Source of the DNA: Candidatus Nanopelagicaceae bacterium
GTDB lineage: Bacteria > Actinomycetota > Actinomycetes > Nanopelagicales > Nanopelagicaceae
Direction of reading: 5' to 3'
Length of the DNA: 41,527 bases
Assembly (NCBI GenBank): GCA_044352485.1
Contig: JBILDT010000001.1
Span: forward strand, 1-41,527
The translations under genes and the position numbers were made by a program. The notes beneath the pieces are model-generated. The model had not been told where the DNA came from and did not search any database. It saw nothing but the letters and a program-made list of their open reading frames with translations. How positions within the stretch are numbered: the first letter of the stretch is position 1; every line of letters begins with the position of its first letter. This document shows, in pieces, positions 37,099 to 41,527 of this stretch.

Positions 37099-38382
37099 TT
37101 AAGGTTGCCCCAAACGCAATAGAGCGGGGACTGAAACCGCTTTAACACGTGGTTTTCCGCGGGATTCTCCGGCTGCAACTTCGGCTTCATTAATTCGAAC
37201 CCAGTAGGCCTGGTCAACTACTTTGTGATCGCCTGTTAGAAGTTCGGTGATATCTCCTGCTGTTTTTGCATCTTTTAAGTCTGAAATTAATAACTTAACA
37301 ACTTCAGCGGCGTCGCTTTTATTCGTCCCGATAACACCAGATGGTCCACGTTTTGCCCAACCAACTACATACATATTTGAATCCTTAACTCGACCTTCAA
37401 TATTTGTAATTTTTCCAGCCTCATAAACAACACCTGGGATTACCGTTGCTTCATAGCCAATTGCGGTAATAACCAAGTCACACGTAATTGTCACATCGCC
37501 AGTTGGAGTTGAGTAAACAATCCCTTGCACTTTTTCATTACCAATTATTTCCTTGGGAGTATGCGAGAAGAGGAATTCCAATGAGCGCTCATGTCCATTT
37601 TTTGGTGTTTCAGCTATAAGTTTCATGGCTTCTAAATTGCTCGCTAAATGCTTTTCAATCTCGCCTTTAGCCTCTGCATTTTTATGTGCAAGGGCAATTG
37701 CCTCTTCGTTGATGTAAACATCTGTATGTTCTAGCTTTGGCAGATCGCGAAGTTCCGGTGCCGTAAATGCCGCAAATTCTGCTCCGCGCCGACCAGTGAT
37801 GAAAACTTTTCTGATATTACTTTTACTTAAATCTTGATGTGCGTGATCAGCAGTATCGGTCTCATCGAGTTCTTTCGGATCAAGAGCAAGAATCCGGCCA
37901 CAATCCATTGCAACATTTCCGGCACCAATTACAACCGCAACTTTCCCAGAGAGATCAACTTTAAAATCTGCATAATCTGGATGTCCGTTATACCAAGGAA
38001 CAAATTGCGCGGCAGAAATTGAATTAGCTAAATCTTCCCCAGGTATCCCAAGCTTCTTGCCGATCGCAGAACCAGTAGCCATAACCACTGCGTCATATCT
38101 ATTGGTTAAATCTTCAAGCGAAAGATCTTTGCCAAGTTCCACATTTCCAAACAAACGAAAATTAGGTTCGGATGCAATCTTCTCAAAGACCTTTGAAACA
38201 GTCTTTATCTTTGGATGATCAGGGGCTACGCCTGATCTAACTAAGCCCCAAGGAGTTGGCAGCCGTTCAATCATGTCGATAGAAAAAGTTAAATCTTCAG
38301 TTACAGAATTCTGCAGAGCTTGCGCAGCAAAATATCCTGATGGCCCAGCACCGACGATTGCAATCTTGTAATGCGGCACCAA
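37099..38382 (-). CDS. fprA: Ferredoxin--NADP reductase, adrenodoxin-reductase type
   Basis: GAGPSG, PWGLVRSGVAPDH, GAGNVAMD, GWAKRGPSGVIGTN. Confidence 0.9.
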   Translation of the reverse strand: MVPHYKIAIVGAGPSGYFAAQALQNSVTEDLTFSIDMIERLPTPWGLVRSGVAPDHPKIKTVSKVFEKIASEPNFRLFGNVELGKDLSLEDLTNRYDAVVMATGSAIGKKLGIPGEDLANSISAAQFVPWYNGHPDYADFKVDLSGKVAVVIGAGNVAMDCGRILALDPKELDETDTADHAHQDLSKSNIRKVFITGRRGAEFAAFTAPELRDLPKLEHTDVYINEEAIALAHKNAEAKGEIEKHLASNLEAMKLIAETPKNGHERSLEFLFSHTPKEIIGNEKVQGIVYSTPTGDVTITCDLVITAIGYEATVIPGVVYEAGKITNIEGRVKDSNMYVVGWAKRGPSGVIGTNKSDAAEVVKLLISDLKDAKTAGDITELLTGDHKVVDQAYWVRINEAEVAAGESRGKPRVKAVSVPALLRLGQP

Positions 38383-38426
38383 AACCCCTAACTTCTCTGC
38401 GTTATTGCTCTTAGTTTACATTGCAA

Positions 38427-41400
38427 TTACTTGCTAAACGGACCCGTAAGTCCGCTGCACGATGGTTTTGGTCCACCATTTGGATTTCCATAGCGATGGT
38501 AAGTAATTGCCACTGATTGTTCGATTAGCCAACGAGGGCACTCAATATCTCCACGTTGCGCCACAGGTCTATGGTCGATAGAAATTCCTTGCTGCAGCAT
38601 CTCAAGCACCGGTGGCTTACTAGATGCAAGCCATCGAACGCGTGAAAACTTCTCTTTCACATCTCTTAAATCATTTGTAAATATGACCTTAGCGCCTGTC
38701 GTTTCACTGATGTGATGAATAAGTGACTTCTCTACCTGGGTTGTTGATTCATCAATCACAACAACAATTGGTGCCAAGTAGTGTCGATAGCGCTGGAAAT
38801 TCTTTTCAACTATCAAACCTGATCTATCAATTGCTTGTGAGCCAACTTTGCTCCACCAGCTGTTTACGCCATAAATCGCTGGTTCTAGGTTAGTTACTCG
38901 TGGCCAATTTCGTAGAGTGTTTACATAATTCAAACCACCTGCTTTAGCATTTGGACCAACTGCTGATTTCTTCCAGCCGCCAAAAGGTTGACGGTTAACA
39001 ATGGCACCAGTTATTCCACGATTTACATAGAGATTGCCCGCTTCGATGCGATTAATCCACTCTTCACACTCTTTTTCATCTAAAGATTGAATGCCCGCAG
39101 TTAAGCCAAACTCGGTTTCATTTTGCCAATTGATAGCAGTATCAAAATATGGTGCTTCAATTACTGCAAGAACTGGACCAAACCATTCGTTGCGATGTGA
39201 CCACGAACCAGCCTTCACTCCCAGCTTTACTCCGGGGCGCCACATCAAACCAGAGTTATCTAACTGCTTTGGTTCTACCAACCAACTCTCGCCAGTATCC
39301 AGTTGTGTCAGTGCACGTTTAAGTGCACTCTCTGCAGGTCGAATAATTGGGCCAACAGTTGTAGAAAAATTCCATCCTGCTCCAACACTTAAAGACTCAA
39401 CAGCATCTTGAAGTTGGCGGACAAAAGCAGGGTCGTTATAGATATGTGTATCAACAATTGCAATAGATGCTGCAGAACATTTCTGTCCCGCGTGACCAAA
39501 TGCCGATTGAACTAAATCTTTAACCGCTGCATCAATATCAGCGCATGAAGTTATTAAAATTGCATTCTTCCCACTGGTCTCGGCCATCAAGTTAATCTCT
39601 GGGCGCCATGATGCAAATAAAGAGGCGGTATCAAATGATCCTGTGAGAATAATTCCATCTATGTCTGGATGGGTTATAAGGTGCTTTCCATTTTCATCAT
39701 CGCGCATCGGCAAAAACTGCAGAACATCTTTTGGAACTCCACCAGCCCACAAATGGCTAACAATTTCCCATGCAGTCGCAACAGTTTCTGGGGCAGGTTT
39801 CAAGATGACTGTATTTCCAGCTGCAAGTGCAGCGCAAATTCCACCAATTGGAATCGCATATGGGAAGTTCCATGGCGGGACAACCAAGATTGTGCCGAGT
39901 GGAGTTGATTCCCCAAAGTTTTCCGCAGTCGTTGCATAGAAGCGAGCAAAATCGATTGCTTCAGCAACTTCTGGATCTGCTTCGGCAACTGTCTTTCCAG
40001 CATCACGCGACATCACCGCGATTGTCTCGGAAGTTGCTTGCTGCATCACAGCTGCGGCGGCAAAGAGAATTTCGGCACGCTCTTTGATACTGAGTGAACT
40101 CCACTTTGCTTGCGCGCTCTTTGCGGTCGCTATTGCATTATCTACATCTTTCACTGAACCGACTGAGTAGTGATACCAAACTTTTCCATTATCAGAAGGG
40201 TCGTGGCCCTCTTCTTGCTCATTCGTAAACACTTCTCTGCCATTAATAACTAGTGGGATCTCTTGATCTTTTATTCCCCGAACCTTTTTTATCGCCTTCT
40301 CAACCGAAGCTAAAAAGATAGGTTCTGTTGGATCAGCACTGGGCTCATTTTTAAAGGTTAGCCCGGTCAACTGTTCATGCTCAACATGGCGCAGAGTTTC
40401 TGTTGTAACTGCGTGGCGATCTGCAACAGACTTTAAAAATCGCTGCTCTTGATCGGCAAACTTTGCTGGATTCTTTGCAATATCGAATGCGGCCTTCAAA
40501 TAGTTTTCATCAGAAGTATTTTCATCTAAACGACGCACGAGATAAGCAACAGCTGCAGCAAAATCATCTTTACGTGTTACTGGTGCATAGAGCAGAACTG
40601 GTTGACCTGAACGAGTAACTGCAAGCGCTTCTGCATTAGCCATTCCTTCAAGCATTTCAATATCAATCTGTTCTAGAACGTTCCGTGATTTAGCAACCTC
40701 GATAGCCCATGTCATATGGAAGAGATTGTGTGATGCAATTCCAATTCGAACTGCTTTTGAATTATCTGGTCGTAGCGCAGCATCTACTAGTCGAAGGTAT
40801 GAAGCATCAACATCTGATTTTGTGCGATACGGAGCTGGGCTCCAGCCATGAAGTTCCGCATCGGCATGTTCCATTGCAAGATTTGCTCCCTTTACTAAAC
40901 GCACCTTTATGGTTCCGCCTGACTTTGCATAGCGAGCTTTTGCCCAAGTTACTAGTTCGCCAAAGAAGTGGTGTGATTCTGGAAGATAGGCCTGTAGAAC
41001 GATTCCTGCCTTGATTGCGGAAAACTCATCTTCGTCTAAGACGCGCATAAATGCTGCAACCGTCATTGGAAGATCTCGATACTCCTCCATATCCAAGTTT
41101 ATAAAGACACCTTCTTGTTGCGCATTGCGATAAAGAATTCGCATCTTTTCCGAGACGCGATCAATAGAACCATCAAAATCAATGATGATGAGTTGCGCGA
41201 CAATCGAAGATAGTTTGACTGAAATGTAATTAACTTCTGGACGACGCATCATTTCGAGAATTGATTGAAAGCGTTGCTCTGCTTCATGATCGCCAAGAAC
41301 TGCTTCGCCTAAAACATTGATGTTAAGAGATATACCTTTACTTGTGCGCTTTGCTAAGTGCTTTGCAAGCTTCTCATTTTCAGAGGCCAGGATTAAATCT

Positions 41401-41527
41401 TTGGAAAGAGCGCGAACTCGTTTATGAACAAGGCCAACAATCGGTCCCGGAACGACTCGTGACAAGACGCCAATGAAGTGAAGTCCGAGTGCATTTACTG
41501 CGCCGAATCCAACCAAACTTGCCTTCT
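38427..41527 (-). CDS. putA: Bifunctional proline dehydrogenase / glutamate-semialdehyde dehydrogenase (5' end outside the window)
   Basis: PRODH: NLDMEEY, LQAYLP, RLVKGA, ASHN, YLVRRLDEN. ALDH: PWNFP, AETSGKN, GQKCSA, E.FGP. The frame stays open to the window edge. Confidence 0.95.
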   Translation of the reverse strand, partial: KASLVGFGAVNALGLHFIGVLSRVVPGPIVGLVHKRVRALSKDLILASENEKLAKHLAKRTSKGISLNINVLGEAVLGDHEAEQRFQSILEMMRRPEVNYISVKLSSIVAQLIIIDFDGSIDRVSEKMRILYRNAQQEGVFINLDMEEYRDLPMTVAAFMRVLDEDEFSAIKAGIVLQAYLPESHHFFGELVTWAKARYAKSGGTIKVRLVKGANLAMEHADAELHGWSPAPYRTKSDVDASYLRLVDAALRPDNSKAVRIGIASHNLFHMTWAIEVAKSRNVLEQIDIEMLEGMANAEALAVTRSGQPVLLYAPVTRKDDFAAAVAYLVRRLDENTSDENYLKAAFDIAKNPAKFADQEQRFLKSVADRHAVTTETLRHVEHEQLTGLTFKNEPSADPTEPIFLASVEKAIKKVRGIKDQEIPLVINGREVFTNEQEEGHDPSDNGKVWYHYSVGSVKDVDNAIATAKSAQAKWSSLSIKERAEILFAAAAVMQQATSETIAVMSRDAGKTVAEADPEVAEAIDFARFYATTAENFGESTPLGTILVVPPWNFPYAIPIGGICAALAAGNTVILKPAPETVATAWEIVSHLWAGGVPKDVLQFLPMRDDENGKHLITHPDIDGIILTGSFDTASLFASWRPEINLMAETSGKNAILITSCADIDAAVKDLVQSAFGHAGQKCSAASIAIVDTHIYNDPAFVRQLQDAVESLSVGAGWNFSTTVGPIIRPAESALKRALTQLDTGESWLVEPKQLDNSGLMWRPGVKLGVKAGSWSHRNEWFGPVLAVIEAPYFDTAINWQNETEFGLTAGIQSLDEKECEEWINRIEAGNLYVNRGITGAIVNRQPFGGWKKSAVGPNAKAGGLNYVNTLRNWPRVTNLEPAIYGVNSWWSKVGSQAIDRSGLIVEKNFQRYRHYLAPIVVVIDESTTQVEKSLIHHISETTGAKVIFTNDLRDVKEKFSRVRWLASSKPPVLEMLQQGISIDHRPVAQRGDIECPRWLIEQSVAITYHRYGNPNGGPKPSCSGLTGPFSK

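Noticed and set aside
36981-37217. 78-aa ORF in the track
   Set aside because: It overlaps tRNA-Arg and the fprA 3' end; spurious.

Overview
Gene-dense, relatively AT-rich actinobacterial chromosome segment with very short intergenic spacers and many leaderless-type promoters. This is most consistent with a streamlined freshwater acI (Ca. Nanopelagicales, Planktophila/Nanopelagicus-like) genome; the taxon is an inference from gene content and style. Left: conserved tilS-hpt-ftsH-folE-folP-folB operon, a RipA-like NlpC/P60 hydrolase, a BcrAB/LanFE-like ABC pair, metZ, ctaB, dacB, EamA, SpoU/TrmH methyltransferase, TPR protein, guaB1, NCS1 permease, and MFS plus a PMI-like cupin. Middle (19.2-28.2 kb): cell-surface modification locus with two CDP-alcohol phosphotransferases, a divergent cytidylyltransferase, an ABC-exporter-like membrane domain with no ATPase, GT2, GDPD, a VanY-like peptidase, a GT/pyruvyltransferase fusion and a sulfotransferase-like protein. 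Right (28.2-36.9 kb, directly downstream of tRNA-Arg(ACG)): a regulator-less catabolic cassette (flavin reductase, RutA/SfnG-type luciferase-like monooxygenase, Old Yellow Enzyme, LivKGFHM-type ABC importer with a GlnR/MtrA-like box, ABM protein, formamidase-like hydrolase), followed by fprA and a 5'-truncated putA. These two clusters are the best candidates for undescribed systems. All protein calls come from motif recognition by eye; no searches were run.
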